The notes under the pieces are model-generated. The model was not told the DNA's origin. It saw only the letters and a list, made by a program, of their open reading frames with translations, and ran no database searches. 64,000 nucleotides of DNA. Source: Yuukianura sp. NJ FZ-2021 (taxonomy: Eukaryota). The stretch covers positions 8,990,001 to 9,054,000 of the forward strand of contig CM102289.1 in the NCBI GenBank assembly GCA_046563655.1, in the 5' to 3' direction. The translations under genes and the position numbers were made by a program. Of this stretch, positions 48,631 through 62,495 are shown in pieces (positions within the stretch are counted from its first letter, which is position 1; every line of letters starts with the position of its first letter).

Positions 48631-51519
48631 ATGGCGAATGCTAGGCCCGCGCCCGGAGTTATTCAAAAGCTGGATGAAGGGGTCATCAACCGCATCGCGG
48701 CAGGGGAAGTCATTCAACGCCCTGCCAATGCGCTGAAAGAACTTATTGAGAACTCGTAAGTGAGCAGTACTCTATGCTGTATTAAAGTATTTAGTTGAAT
48801 CGGTATTGTATCTGCTGTTTAGGATTGATGCTGGAGCGAGAAACATTCAAGTTATCACCAAAGATGGAGGAATGAAATTTTTGCAGATTCAGGGTAACGC
48901 ATTTTGAAACGGAGAACCCACCAAAACACTTGGAACATATTACCATGAAATTTTACTTGAAAATTCTCTGAATGGTTCTTGCAGATGACGGATGTGGAAT
49001 TAGGAAGGAGGACTTGCCAATTGCATGTGAACGTTTTACGACAAGCAAGCTAAAAGTCTTTGAGGATCTTCAAACTATTCAGACTTATGGATTTCGTGGT
49101 GAAGCCTTGGCAAGTATTTCCCATGTTGCGCACCTTACAATTCTTACGAAAACGGAGGGATCCGTTTGTGCTTATCGAGCTGAATACTTGAATGGAAAGC
49201 TAACGGAGAAGGACAAAGGTAAATTCATTTGCAAGGTGCCAGAAGAATTCCGCGACTAATCGAGCTTAACTTTACATTTTCAGCGAATCCTCAAGCACAA
49301 GCTGGAAACTTAGGCACTACAATTACTGTTGAGAATTTGTTCTACAATATCGACTCTCGTAAAAATATCCTGAAACCACCGGAAGAATACAACAAGATCC
49401 TTGAAGTTGTCAATCGCTATTCCATTCACAACTACAAAACTGGATTTTCGTTGAAAAAATACGGAGAAAACAGCTACGAAATTCGGACGCCACCGAATTC
49501 TACTGTCATCGATAACATCCGAGTGTTGTACGGAGTTGAAGTGGCGAGGTTTGCTTTTCATAAACTTAACTTAAAACTGATTCAATATGCTAAGTAACTC
49601 AACTTTACTTTTACTTCTTTTTTCAGAGAGTTGGTTGCAGTATCTTGTGAAGGCGATGTGTCAAAGTTCAAGATGACCGGATATGTTTCAAACGGAAACT
49701 ACTCAATCAAAAGGCCTTCGTTTATTTTATTTATTAACCATAGACTTGTGGATTCCTCTGGTGCGTGTTTTTCTTCAAAACAACATTCTTTTTCTACTGA
49801 AAATCTCCAATTCAATGTACTTTTTTGAAATCTAGGTTTGAAGAAAGTGTTGGAAGGAATCTACTCAACGTATTTGCCTAAAGGATCTCATCCCTTCATT
49901 TACTTAAGTCTGGAACTTGATCCACGAAGCATTGACGTAAATATTCACCCAACAAAACAAGAAGTTCACTTTCTACATGAAGATATTATCACAGCAGAGA
50001 TTGGGAACACTATCGACAAAGTATTGCAGGGGTCAAACCAATCCAGAACTTTCTACATTCAGGTAAGTCAACTTACATTTCGTAAAATTGTTCCATTGTT
50101 TTAGAAAATTTTAAATTTTAATTTAACTCTTGTTCTACAGTCTCTTCTTCCAACGGCTTCTCCTAAAACGAATTCGGATCCGAAAAAGTCGTCCGGTCAG
50201 GATAAGAAATCGTTCTACGATTGCCCAAGTGGAAAGGGCGGAAACGATGGTCAAGTGGCTCCGAAGCATCTTGTTCGAACAGATCCGAAAGAGCGGACAC
50301 TGGATACGTTTCTATCAACATCAACTACAAACATCATGAATCGAGATGCTGATTCCACTAAGAATTCCTCACCAGCCAGGAAAAACTCCACCGTCTCTCG
50401 TCCAAGGTACGAACTGTTTTTGAAAATTTTGAGTTTAGTGAAAATCAAAATTTTCAAAATCACAAATATTATAACTTGCGTTTTCCGTGTCTTGCAGACG
50501 TGTAGTCAACTTGGACAGTGTGAAAAATTTGTGTCAAGAAATCCAGAAAGGGTGTCAGACGGACATGATGATGGCGTTCCGTAACCATACTTTTGTTGGT
50601 TGTGTCAACCGAACGCATGCGCTGATTCAGTACAACACAAAACTCTACATGGTCAACACGGTAATGAAAAGGTAAAATTTTGAAATCCATTATAGTGAAG
50701 TTGACTTTTAGAATTTTGATTCTTGATTCTTTTTTGTGATTCAAGCAAAGAGTTGTTCTACCAGAAAATGATGCTCAACTTTGGAAACATCGGATGCTTG
50801 CAGTTTGAAGTAAGAAATGAAATACGTTTTTGAAAAAATAGGATTTTTTTTAAAGTTTTTTAAATTACAGGATCCAATTCCGGTTCGTGACTTGATTAGA
50901 GTGGCTCTGAAGGAAACAGAAGTTGGTGAAGTGGCTGCTGAAGCGATCGACGTAATGTCACATGACATTGCTACATTCCTCCAATCCAAGGCTGACATGC
51001 TATCTGACTACTTTTCTGTTCAGATAAGTAGTGAAGGCACTCTCGAAGGAATTCCAATGCTACTCGGTATTTTTTTAACTAAAAAGACATAAAATGTGTA
51101 GAATGTGTAACCATGTGGAATAATTTTCAGATAACTACATGCCCTGTATTGAGCTGGTGCCATTTTACTTGGTCAATTTGGCTAAACGAGTAGATTGGGA
51201 ATCAGAGACAGAGTGTTTCAGAACCTTCTGTTTAGAAACAGCACACTTTTATGCTGTTCCACCAGGAGACGACGCTGATAACGAAGAGTTGCTTCTGGTA
51301 AGTTTATTCAAGGTCAACGTGTTCTAAAATTCATGAAAGTAAAAGTTCTTTTGATTTTTGTTTTTCTAGACTGGAAATACTTGGAAGTGGACTATTGAAC
51401 ATGTGATTTATCCTGAACTGAAGAAATCTTTGATGCCTCAGAAGACTGCTTCCAGTGATGCCACAGTAATTGAACTTGCTGATCTTCCGAGTCTGTACAA
51501 GGTTTTTGAAAGATGCTGA
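48631..51519 (+). CDS. MLH1: DNA mismatch repair protein MLH1
   Basis: [51 protein letters not shown] and C-terminal LYKVFERC. Confidence 0.98.
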
Positions 51520-51789
51520 GCAGATTCCTGATTCCTGATGATCAAACAACTTGGCGCTTCATGAACTTTTTCGCGGGTTTCGTATTTCGTCTTTCACTTT
51601 TGCGACTTTACGACAGCTACCTAACGTTAACATTACACTTTCTCTTTTGCATTTTCACTGAAGAAATTTCAGTGTCCCATTTTATTCGATTTTTTTAATC
51701 CGAGCGCGATTTTATTGGAACGTTAAATATGTTGCTTACAGTAAAAAGCGAAAATGGAGTTCAAAGTACATGAATCCGGTTGTAACCCG

Positions 51790-52010
51790 TCATTTTCCAT
51801 GTTACTGAGAATGCAACTGGTTGACCTTGACCTTTGACCCAGAAGGAGTTGACCTACCGCAAAGATATTCAATAGTGATGTTCCCTCCAGTGTTTAATAG
51901 TGAAAACAGATCTCAGAAATGTTTAGCTGTTTCCGGCACAATTGCCGCCGACGGACAGACAGACAGACAAGGCCGATGCACGAAGTATCTTTCTGTACTC
52001 AATAAGAATT
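51790..52010 (+). mobile_element. Helitron/Helentron-associated non-autonomous (HINE/DINE-like) relic
   Basis: TGACCTTGACCTTTGACC motif plus a downstream GACGGACAGAC(AGAC)n tract. Confidence 0.55.
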
Positions 52011-54898
52011 GAATTGAATTGCAAAATAATTTTTTTCAATCTTTTGCTTCAAATTCCATGGAACATGGAAAGGAATTCTATTTGAAAAGAAGGTGGATTT
52101 AGGTCTCACATTTCAAATATTTGGAATTCGCAGGGATTGAAATATGACACAGCGGGACTGCTTGACATTAATTTTGAGCCTTTTGAATATGTGTCTGGGA
52201 GAAAGTGTTCAAATATTGAGAGGAACGAGAGAAAAGCGCCAGATTTAAATTTCTTAGAAACCATTACTATTCTGCGTCAGTTTCTCCGCTTTTTCATTTT
52301 TTTCTTTTTTGTTTCAAATGGAAAGTGAAAGTCGTCGATTAGATTCACATACAGGAAAAAAGGGAAGAAAAACATACGAAAGATTTCCATTTCGACAATT
52401 GAGTAAAAAAAAATGTTCAGAGCTTCACTTTTTGAAAAAAGTCCGGGATTTTTGAGTTGTATTCGAAATATTGAAATTCGATACATCAAGAGAAAAAAAA
52501 ATTTGGAATTTGAAAAAAAAAAGTTTGCATCACGTAAAACAGAAGCTTTTAATGTCAGTTCTGAACTTCATTTTAGCAATAAACGTCAATTCAAGTCCCA
52601 GACCAGCAGTAACTTTCACTTTCAATTTTTTTTGTTACGTTTTTGTAGTAACTACATAAGTACTTCATCTTTTGTGCGTTTATGATGGACAGAAACGCTT
52701 AACGTTATTGTTATTCCTGGAGGGCTTTCAATTTCAAATTTTTGAAATTTGTTCAATCTTTTTGTTGTTCACGTTTTTCCGTTGTTTTTACAAGGCTTAA
52801 ATGTAGGTTTTACGGAGTATTGAAGTTTTTGAAGTGAAAGTGATAAACGGACTTTCTTTTGTGAGTTTGAAAACGAGAGAAAGTGGATCCTTAAATTCTC
52901 AATTGCAATTCAACGGAGTGTTCTTTTGAGAATGCTATGACTATGGTAGGATTTACGTTTAGTATAGAATTAGCCACGAGGCTTTTCTCAAAAATTCCTG
53001 CTCGACCATAAATCAAAACTTTATCCAAGTAAGACCCTTAAGGGGACCATCTTGGAAGAAAAAGTGCGAAATTTTGAATCAGGTCGAAGGTCAAAAGATG
53101 AAAAATTCAGAAGATCAGAAAAAAAAGCTTGTTAAAATTATGGATTTTAACCCAAAAGTTTCGTGTGTACTCAAAGTTTTTAGACAAAGTTTTCTTTTGT
53201 ACTAAAAATAACAATGAATGTGAAATGTCGAAGTGCAATCTTTTTTAACCTTTGCATTGTGTTCGTGTTATGTTTTACACGTTTACATAATACACGTCAA
53301 TTTTTAATAATTTTTCACTTTTTGTTAAACACACACGCCAGGAAAATTTTCTTTTGTACTTTCTCTTTCTTTTTTCTAATTTCCTTTCTTTTCAATGTTT
53401 TTTTTTTAAAATTTCAAAATTTTGTAGAAACCAATTAAGCGTAAGTGATAGATGGTTCGAGTAAGCTTTTTTTCATGTTTTCTTAAATTTTTTGCTTCAC
53501 CGACCATTGTACAGGAACCGCTTTGAAAAATGGTCGCCGTTGGCAGTGATTCTTTTTTATGCAAGTGAAACTAAATAGTGTCGCGTTTGATCAACTAAAA
53601 AGTTTCTGAGCACCGTGTTTTTTCTATTTTTGTAATTCATTTCACTTTTCTAAATTTGTCGTTTTCAAAATCACCTTGTGCAACTTACTTAATAAAAAAT
53701 ATTGTGAGATTCAAAAAGCCGACTTACATTTTGGCTGCTACCGTCTTGAAACTTTTTTTTTATACTGTAGATTCTAGAATCATAAAATTTTAGATTCTAG
53801 CCGCGCGTTCAAATAAAGCTACTTTCACTGACACGCAACTTTACTAAAGTTCTTGCAGCTCACCGCTGACTTTTCCAATCCCAAATATTTTTTTATGTCG
53901 TGCAAATGTTTCAAAGTCACGTTTTTCTTAACGTGATGAACTGTGCCTGCTACTCTGTTTCTCTTTTTATTTTCATTTTGTCCTTGTTTTGAACTTTTAG
54001 CAGCGGGTGAGCTGGGGCAATCCAGAGAAAGTTTGTTGGTTGGACCATAAAAAGTGAAAGTGAACGTGAATCTGGCAAATTCTAAACAAGATTTAAGGGA
54101 GTAACTTCGGAGTTCCCGGGTTTCTGGAACACAAGCAGATATTTGAATTGAATAGAATTTGATTTGAAATTTGACAAAGAAAACAAGATTTGCTCAAGTT
54201 CCCATGTTAAATGAATTGTTTTCAACGTTTGGAAGTTCTTGGAAACTTGAGCTGATGCACTCAAGTATAGTAAGGGAATAATTCCATTTTGGCACGCTTT
54301 GTCTCTCGTAATAATTGTCATTTTGAATAATCTGGAAGTAGATTTGAATTGGTCTGCCATAAGGTTGACATGCTCTTCAAAAACTTTTAGAACAAATGCA
54401 ATTTGAACTTGACAGTCAGAACGACAGATACTATGCATAATGTTAAATTTACTTTGATCCTGAATTTTGAAACGAAGATGATTGAACTGTCAAAATTTGA
54501 TGTTGAAATGAATGAGAAACAAATGAAATTCAATGTCATTAACGCCAGTTTTCAAAAACAATTCCTAGATTTTGAAATTGGAGGGAGTAACTATCTCATC
54601 TAACGGAGAGAATCTTTGAAAAAGTGAAGTCTTTTAAAAACTTATTCCACTTTCTATGAGATTTCTAATCTTGATGATGACGAGATGTCATTCGGAGCTT
54701 TTGAGGTCCAGAGAGTCCAAACTAAGAAAAAATCCTTAAAAGTTTCTATGAACTTTTTATGTTGAAGTTTGATTCCTTGGGCTCCAACACCCAAACATCT
54801 TTCGGCAATCTAAAAAGCTGTGAGTACTTAGAAATAACATGAGGCGTTTTCATAAGCCAGCAGCTGGGAGAGCTTTATTAGTTTTTTCGCTACCTTTT

Positions 54899-55282
54899 CA
54901 GAGTTAGATTGTCGATGTTCCCATTTTCGGTCACTTTTAGAAATTATGGTCCGAAATTTCTGGAACAAAAAGTGTTCCCAGTTTCGGTCACTTTTACAAA
55001 TTTTGGTCCGAAATGTATTAAACAACAAACAGCAAATTTTCCCAGTTTCTTTCAGACTTTTTGTCCGAAATGTCTGAAAACACCGAAACACATACACTGT
55101 ATGAGCACGAGCTATGTACAAACCGTAGCACACCTCTAAAATTTTTAAATTTACCGCGCCTTCTATAATGCTAAAGTAAGTTTCGCTCATTTCAGTCGAC
55201 TGAAATTTGTTTGTCCGAAATGTCCGAAAATCATTTTCAAGCGGAAGACCGGAATGTCCAGTGTCTGAAACTGAAAACACTG
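54899..55282. repeat. Degenerate repeat with TTTCGGTCACTTTT/GTCCGAAAT subrepeats (possible DNA-transposon relic)
   Basis: Several GTCCGAAAT units and two ~53-bp tandem copies at 54915-55015. No TSD was confirmed. Confidence 0.45.
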
Positions 55283-56579
55283 GCTATGGTGAGGTTTTCT
55301 GTTTCAGGTTACGTTAGACTTTCTTTTTCGTGTTAGGTTTTCTGGTTCAGGTTGGAGTTAGAGTTGGAGTTGGGTCAGTTTAGCTTGAGAGGCAAGGAAA
55401 ACAAAAAGAGAAACTTAAGTTCAATGTTTCGCCGAATTCACAGGCTGGTGAACTGGAAGCTTATTTGGATTTATCGTTATTTTCTTATTAAAAAAAGACG
55501 GGAAATATCAGGATCAAATGAAAGTCAACTTTCTCTCATGTCCAAACTTTTTTTATTACCTAAAAGCAAAAAGTAATTTCAAAATTCCATTATCGAAAAG
55601 CAAAAACTTAGTTGGAACAATATTTCAATTATTGAGCCTGTCAGTTTGCAAAAAGTCAATTCAAAGTCAATTCAAAAAATTGTAGAAACTAGGACACTGC
55701 AAAGAATTCGAATGCTGACGCCAACAACTTTTGAAAAGAAATTGAAATGGAGGGTCAAGAAATGTTTCAATTCCAAAATCTTTTTATAAACTGACTTTTT
55801 TTGCAACTTTCTTTAAAAGTTTTTTTTTCTTAAGTTTTTCTATAGTGAGATATCAATTGAACTTGACAAGATTGAGAAATACGCCAGCAGTTTCTGCTTT
55901 TTTAGAATTTAGAATGTTTTTGGTTAGTTTTGTTCCGGTTGAAAAGCAAGCTGAAAAGTAATTTGAGCAATTGGTTTTGATTAGAACGAGAGTTACACTA
56001 TATGCGTCAAGTGAGTTGGTGATCTCAGGATTTTGTAACTTTTGTAATAAAATCATGTTATTTTTAAAACTAAGAATTTGTTTGCTAAAACTTCAAACTC
56101 TCGTCTATATCAATTGAAAGTCCACTCAAAAAAACTATTCATCTCCCATCTGCCCCCTCAAAGTGTCAAGATATGGAGAATCTCTGGAACTTTTTAAATC
56201 AGAACCACACCAGCATTTGGCCAAACTTCTTTCAGCTCCAGTCTGATTTAGATCTTACGGCGGCCAGGATGGCACGTTTTACCGCCAAAAATTTTTTGTT
56301 TCCAAAAGATACGGCGCTCAACTCTAAACTTTTGGGCTAAAAAAATTCAAACGAAGTATCCATTCTTCTTTTTACTTCCTGCGTCACGTCAATTTGAAAC
56401 ACCCGCCAAAAAGTGCCATTTGTTTTCCCATTTTTTTTTAAAAAGCGTCATCCTTCCTCTCAAGGTCGTCGTTTCACAAAATCCAAGTTTCAGAACAAGA
56501 AAACTCAAAATTTAAACCGCGCGTGCGCCGCCGCGGTGTGTCCAGAAAACCTCTTCACTCACGGAGGAATGTGGAGAGG

Positions 56580-59500
56580 ATGGATCAGTTCTGTGAGTGG
56601 TTTAGTGAGACTGAGATGGACGACATCGGAAATGTCACCGGGGCTGATGTCGCTCCCAGGCTAGATCGGCGACAATGTATTGGCGACGATACGACATTGT
56701 ATGACTTTCTACTGCTCGGTCTGGCCACGACGATAGTTTCAGTGCTAGGGGTGTTTGGAAATGCTCTGAGTGCTCTTGTTCTTCTGAGGTCACAGTTCAG
56801 GTCATCCGTTAACTTTCTCCTTTTGGGACTAACTTTGAGTGACACTATTGTAATTTTATACACTTTGGCTACTTTTTCGCTACCGTCGACATTTGGATAT
56901 TTTAACTTTTGGAAGTTCTACAACTACACTTTCTTTCCCCTGATCTCACCCTACTTCTTTCCAATTGCCTCTATCGGTAAGTCTAATTGCTCAAATTAAC
57001 TAATTAATTAACATAAAGTTATAATAATTAAGATAAAGTTGTAATAGTTATCATAAGTTGTCATAAGTCATAGATTTTATGACTTTCATAAGTGACGGAA
57101 GTTCATTAGTAGCGAAAGTTAGATTTTGCAAAAAGTCGGGTTTTATGAAAAAGTTAGGTTTTGCGAAAAAGTTTTGATGAAAATGCAAATGGTTGTTCAA
57201 GATTTCAAAATTTTGGAAATTGCACTTGCAGTGTAAAGTTCAAAAGTTAAGTTGCGAAATTAAAAAAAAAGTGAGAAGGATGCCCCCTATGGTGCAGTTG
57301 AAATTAAAATTTTAGAAGACAAAAGCAAACTTTTTTTTCCAAAGAGTTTTTTCCTTTGAAGTTTTAAGTGTAAGTTTCTGTTAACAAATGTTGAATAAAA
57401 TCCTTCATTTGACTAAATTAAAAAAATTGTTACTTACTTTTGTTCAAAAATTAAAATTCTCTTTTTCTGCACATCACGTTTTGTGCAGAACCCGCACGAA
57501 CTCGTGCTATTGTTTACATTCGGAATGAGCTGAAAGGCAGAAAGTGATTACGAAGCCTCTTGAGTTCTAATCGATCTCATCATCAGATTCAATTTCAACT
57601 CGGATTTTCGGATGTTATGGTAGGACACGAAACTACAATGGAATTTAATACGTTTTCAGAGTGAAAGCAATTTAGGCTAAAATCTGTGTTAAAAGCTATA
57701 AACACTAGAAATTCAAAATTCATTTCCAAATTCTTAAAGTTTGAAACATACTCAAATTAATATGAATTGAAAATTTCGGAAATTGAATATAGCGCGGGGG
57801 AAAAAGTTTTTTATTTCGATATCAACACGGACATTCGGAAACTTTTCTCTTTCTTCCTTTCTCTTTTCTCAAACAATAAATTCAAAGTTTCTCTTTCTCT
57901 TTCTGTTAAAAAAAAAAGAAAAAGCAAAAGTAGCGTGGGTGAGGGCAAAAGTTTCCAAAACTTTGTTTTTTTTATAACAAAAAAAAAGTTACACTAAAGG
58001 GGCGGGGACACATTGACGTATTGACAAGTTAACACAGTTGTTAAGGTGGCTGGAAAATAAAATTGACTTTGTATTTCGGTTAGTCCGAAGTTGCTAAAAC
58101 TTGACCTCTTTTGAGAAAAAACTCTATTGAGTAATGAATACAGACAGACAGACAGACACGCATGCATGACACTATGCATTATGTTCTAAAAGTTTCAGTT
58201 GTGGCTAATAAATGTGATTAGTCTGTTGTCTATTTTGTTGTTGAAGTGGGTTGAAATTCTGAATTTGAAACGGCAGTGTAAAAGAGAAAATGGGAAGAAC
58301 GCCCTCCTAACTTTCTCCACCTAAATTTCTCTTCTTTAGCAAAGAAAGTAACTTTTTCTTCACGCCTTCATGCTCTTCTATGCTACTTTTTCAGTTTCAA
58401 CACTTTTTTCTCCCTCTAGCCATAAATTATTCCAGCACAGAGTCCCTTGGGACACAACTAACAAGATGCTCTTTTCTGTGTGTCTTTGGCGTTCCCTAAT
58501 AGCTCTAAAAGCTTCGTTTTCATTTTCCTAACGACCTAATTTTTTCAAATTAAAAGTTTAAGCTGTACAATCTTTTCGAATTCCCACGCTTCAGTGGAGC
58601 TATAAATTGACCAATCAGATCCTCCAGAATTTGTCGCCGCTTATCCGTGAAATTGGCCATTGTTTGTCTGCCCGTCAGCTAAAACGTGACAGACAGACAG
58701 ACAGACGGACGGACAAAGTCGTATCAATTGTCTTTTTAAGACAAAAAGCATTGATTGCTAATGACAAATCAAGTTATCGCTGACTTTTTATTGAAATTTA
58801 CCATTGTGTGTCTGCCCGTCAGCAAAAATGGATGGAAAGACAGACAGACAGACAGACAAAGTCGTATGAATTGTCTTCTGAAGACAAAAAGCATTGATTG
58901 CTAATGGCAAATCAACGTTCTTAATGACTTTCTTTTTTAACTTTTCAGGTCAAACGGGGTCAGTATACTTTTGTGTGGCAGTGACTGTAGAGCGGTACGT
59001 CGTCGTCTGCTGGCCACTTTATGCCAAATCTTGGTGCACAAACAAAAGAGCTCGGTCGTACACCATAATTGTTTTTCTCTTTTCCGTTCTCATCAATTTA
59101 CCGAAATGGTTTGAAATTGAAGCTCAAAAAGTGGAAATCTACGGTGGAGGTGGCCCAAGGTCACCTCAGTCGACAGTATCAAATGTCAGTTCCGTGGGAG
59201 AGTGGAACTCTACGTTGTCCAGACCCATGTCCAGATCCTGTTTCCTCATTCAAAGCACTCCACTCCGTAAGAATAGCATCTACACCCATTACTACGTCAA
59301 CTGGAACTACTTCGTCTTCATGTACGCCATTCCCTTCATTCTCCTCGTCACTCTCAACTTGGCCATTTACAAAAGAGTAAGCATTTCTTTTCAAATTTCA
59401 AACCGCAATGACGATCTTCCCGCCATTTTCTTGGTAGAATAACACTAACTATTAAAACATGTAAAACATGAATAAACAGTAAGATTGCTGACTCATGTCG

Positions 59501-60436
59501 CGCTCATTTCCGGTTCTGGACGATCTGTACTCAAAAAAAGTTAGGTTTTTTGACAGGCTAATATGTTAGCTTAGGTTTTTAGCTAATGTTAGGTGTTAGG
59601 TTAACCTTGCACAGGCCGTTTAGCGCGGGAACCGTGGTGAAAGGAGATAAAAGTGAAAGCGGAGTTCATGCTTCGCTTCGGTTGCAATTTTTTGGCGGAA
59701 GCGCTTGGAAATGACTTGAAACGACGGAAAACGTGAAGAGGAAGAAAAAAAATTAGAAAAAATTTGCCAAAAAAGTTTATTTCCGGGATGCGGAAGACTT
59801 TAGATCCAGTTTGAAAATTTCATTTAAAAAAAAATTTTTTTTTGTTCTAACTTTCTTTTTTAAAGGATTGACAATAGTTTTGCTTATAAAGAAAAGAATT
59901 CAAATTCAATGTCGTTTTTGTTCTTTTTTCTTTGGAGTTTTGAATAAATTTTTATGCAAATAATTATTTTTAGAGTATATTTTTGTTTAAAATATGAATA
60001 ATTTTTTTTCTTTTAAACTTTGTTGTAGATCAAAGTTGCCGACCGTCGTCGGAGTATATTAACTCGGAAAGGCGACTCCCGGGAAACCTCAGTGTCTAAA
60101 ATGCTCCTGTGCGTCGTCATTGTTTTCCTAGCTTGTAACTTTCTGGCCATGTTCAACAATATCCTAGAGGTATTCATGGGATTCAACTGTAACACGCTCG
60201 TCAACCTCTCCAACTTCTTCGTCCTCTTCAACAGTTGCTGTAACTTTGCCATTTACTACATCTTTGGCCAAAAGTTCAGATCTTGCTTCATTCTAACGTG
60301 GAATGACCTTTGCCCCTGTATGCGACTCCGCATGAGAGTTCAACGGAACCATCTCAGTTCACGATCAATTCGGACGGAAACAATGGAACTGGTCAACAGT
60401 CCAACTACAATCACCACAAATCAAAATCACACATGA
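56580..60436 (+). CDS. Class A GPCR, FMRFamide-receptor-like, 3 coding exons
   Basis: GVFGNALSALVL (TM1), LGLTLSD (TM2), QTGSVYFCVAVTVERYVVVCWPL (TM3), IPFILLVTLN, CNF (TM6) and NSCCNFAIY...FR. Exons ~56580-56976, 58949-59377 and 60029-60436. Confidence 0.88.
58651..58915 (+). repeat. Tandem duplication, 144-bp period, containing (GACA)n
   Basis: CCATTGT.TGTCTGCCCGTCAGC...GACAAAAAGCATTGATTGCTAATG starts at 58657 and again at 58801. Confidence 0.85.
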
Positions 60437-60456
60437 AACAAAGAAAAAACTACATT

Positions 60457-60557
60457 TTTGGGGCACTGTGCGACAAAATACAAAGAAAAACCTAAGTATT
60501 TGGGGCACTGTGCGATATCAAACCAAAAGAACACAAAATCGGGGCACCTTGCGACAA
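60457..60557 (+). repeat. Three ~41-bp-period repeats with core GGGGCACTGTGCGA, just after the GPCR stop
   Basis: Cores at ~60460, ~60502 and ~60541. Confidence 0.75.
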
Positions 60558-61782
60558 AAAAAAACTAAATTTTAAGGCGATTTACAACATAAAAAGAGAC
60601 GAACTCTTTTGGAGGTTTGCAACAGGAAACAAAAAGCGTAATTGTTCGGGGCGTTTTGAGACTAATAAAGTTCAAAAACTTTGAGCAAAACTGCCCATCA
60701 TCACGCAAACTTCCTAAGCAACTTTTTTTTAATGTTTCGAAAACAAAGAAAAATGTTGCATCAAAATCAAAAGTTGAATTACAGGGTGCTAAAATTTCAT
60801 ATTTTCAAATTTTGACATGATCAAAATTTTGACTTTTTGCGATTCTATGCAAATTTTGAGGAAATGCATAAATTTTTAAAGCATTTCCTTGTTGTACCAT
60901 GCATCAGGTCAATTTTTTGAACCCTAAACATGACACTTCTTAAAACTTTGATCTGAAACATGACAGGTGAAAACTTGTGGAACAGCCTGTACTGACCCAT
61001 CCACTTAACTCATTCATTGTTTTAAGTTTTAAATCCAGTTTTAAAGACAAAAGACGAGTAAATTGTGTATTCTGTGTGAGTAATATAAAGTATTTTAATT
61101 ATTATGATACTTAGGAAATGTAATTTATTACGTCTAGTCCCTTTGACAAGATCTGTTCCGAAAACGTGTTTAAAGCCAAAAGCCAAGCAGTCTGACACTG
61201 ACCATTTTATGAAATAAATGTTAACTCGTTAAAAAACTTGAATTGTTCGTGCCGTTAACCTTTGCAGTTTTGTCTTCCAGTTTCAAAAACATAACATAAC
61301 AAAAAGCAGTTTTTGGCAAATCGTATAAAAACAAGAGATTCAGGTCGCTAAATCACAGTTGAGACAAAGACGCTTGCCAAATTTTTGCGTAGCCGAGACT
61401 AAACGCACGACGCTTCAAAAAAGGTAATCAAAATACATTTTCGAAAACAAAAAACGAAAACCATATTTTGAAATTGAAAAAAATTACCAAAATACCTCTT
61501 CACTTAAACCATAACACACTAAAAATCTAAAAATCTAGAAAAAAAAAAATAAAACTAAAACACAAAAATCTTAAAATCTTCAGTTGCCCCACCCGAATTC
61601 AGAGAAAATTTTTTAGTAAATTCTTGAATTTTCAGAGAAAAAAAAACAAGGTAAAATCAAAGTTTAAAAAAAAAAGGTTTGAATGTTTTTGCGAAACTTC
61701 TCCCCCCATAGCTAATAACCGAAAATCTTTTTACAAGGATTTCACGGTTTAATTTTTTTTTTCGATTTTCAGGAATTTGAAA

Positions 61783-62495
61783 ATGCTTTTGAAGACGCAT
61801 CTCCTCGTCCTTTTGTTTGGAATTTTGGATTTCGCTTTCACAGCTCCAGTCTATTTCAACAAACGCTTAGAAGAAGCAGAACAAATCGCTTTAGAAGCGA
61901 CGGGGCTTCTGCAGCCCGTGGACTCCGTCGTGCGAAGGATCCTCAAAGATTTGAAATCCATTCGAGACGAGTATCCAGATATCCAGGATGTTGTGCACAC
62001 TAAGAAGTGGATTCCTGGAGAAGTAGTTGTCCAGAGCATCACAGATGAGCAACTTCAGGAGATAGACGATAGTCGCCTCTTTGGTCCACTCCAGCAAGTC
62101 CGCCGAGTTCGATCGGGGTCACCGAGGTCAGTCTTAGTCTTTACCAAGGCATATCACCCTCAAAGACTAGCGGAGAAACTGTACGAGAAGTTTGGCGTCA
62201 AGGCTGAGCCGAATACAAACAGTTATGACTTTGACGCCAACGGAAGCATTACGTAAGTGTCTGACGTTCCTGGTTCAATAAGACGTCAAAATTTTATTAA
62301 TTGATTAAGTTTTTGATTAATTGTTTTGGCACTCACAGTTACAATCCGACAAGTGGTGGATTCGTCATTGAGAAGAAGTCGAGGCAAGGGGGCTACGCTG
62401 GATTCAGAAACAAGTTTGTGTGGGAGTTTAATGTTAGGAATGGCAAAGTAAACTTACTTCGATCTGTCAAACCCGGGTTTGAATTTGGCGGCTAA
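61783..62495 (+). CDS. Secreted uncharacterised protein, 2 coding exons
   Basis: Signal-peptide-like MLLKTHLLVLLFGILDFAFTA and a phase-consistent GT-AG intron at 62253-62338. Confidence 0.8.

Noticed and set aside
52000..56500. Short ORFs in the AT-rich region (e.g. 54082-54438, 54828-55280)
   Set aside because: Phe/Lys-biased translations of low-complexity or repeat DNA, with no splice-consistent gene model.
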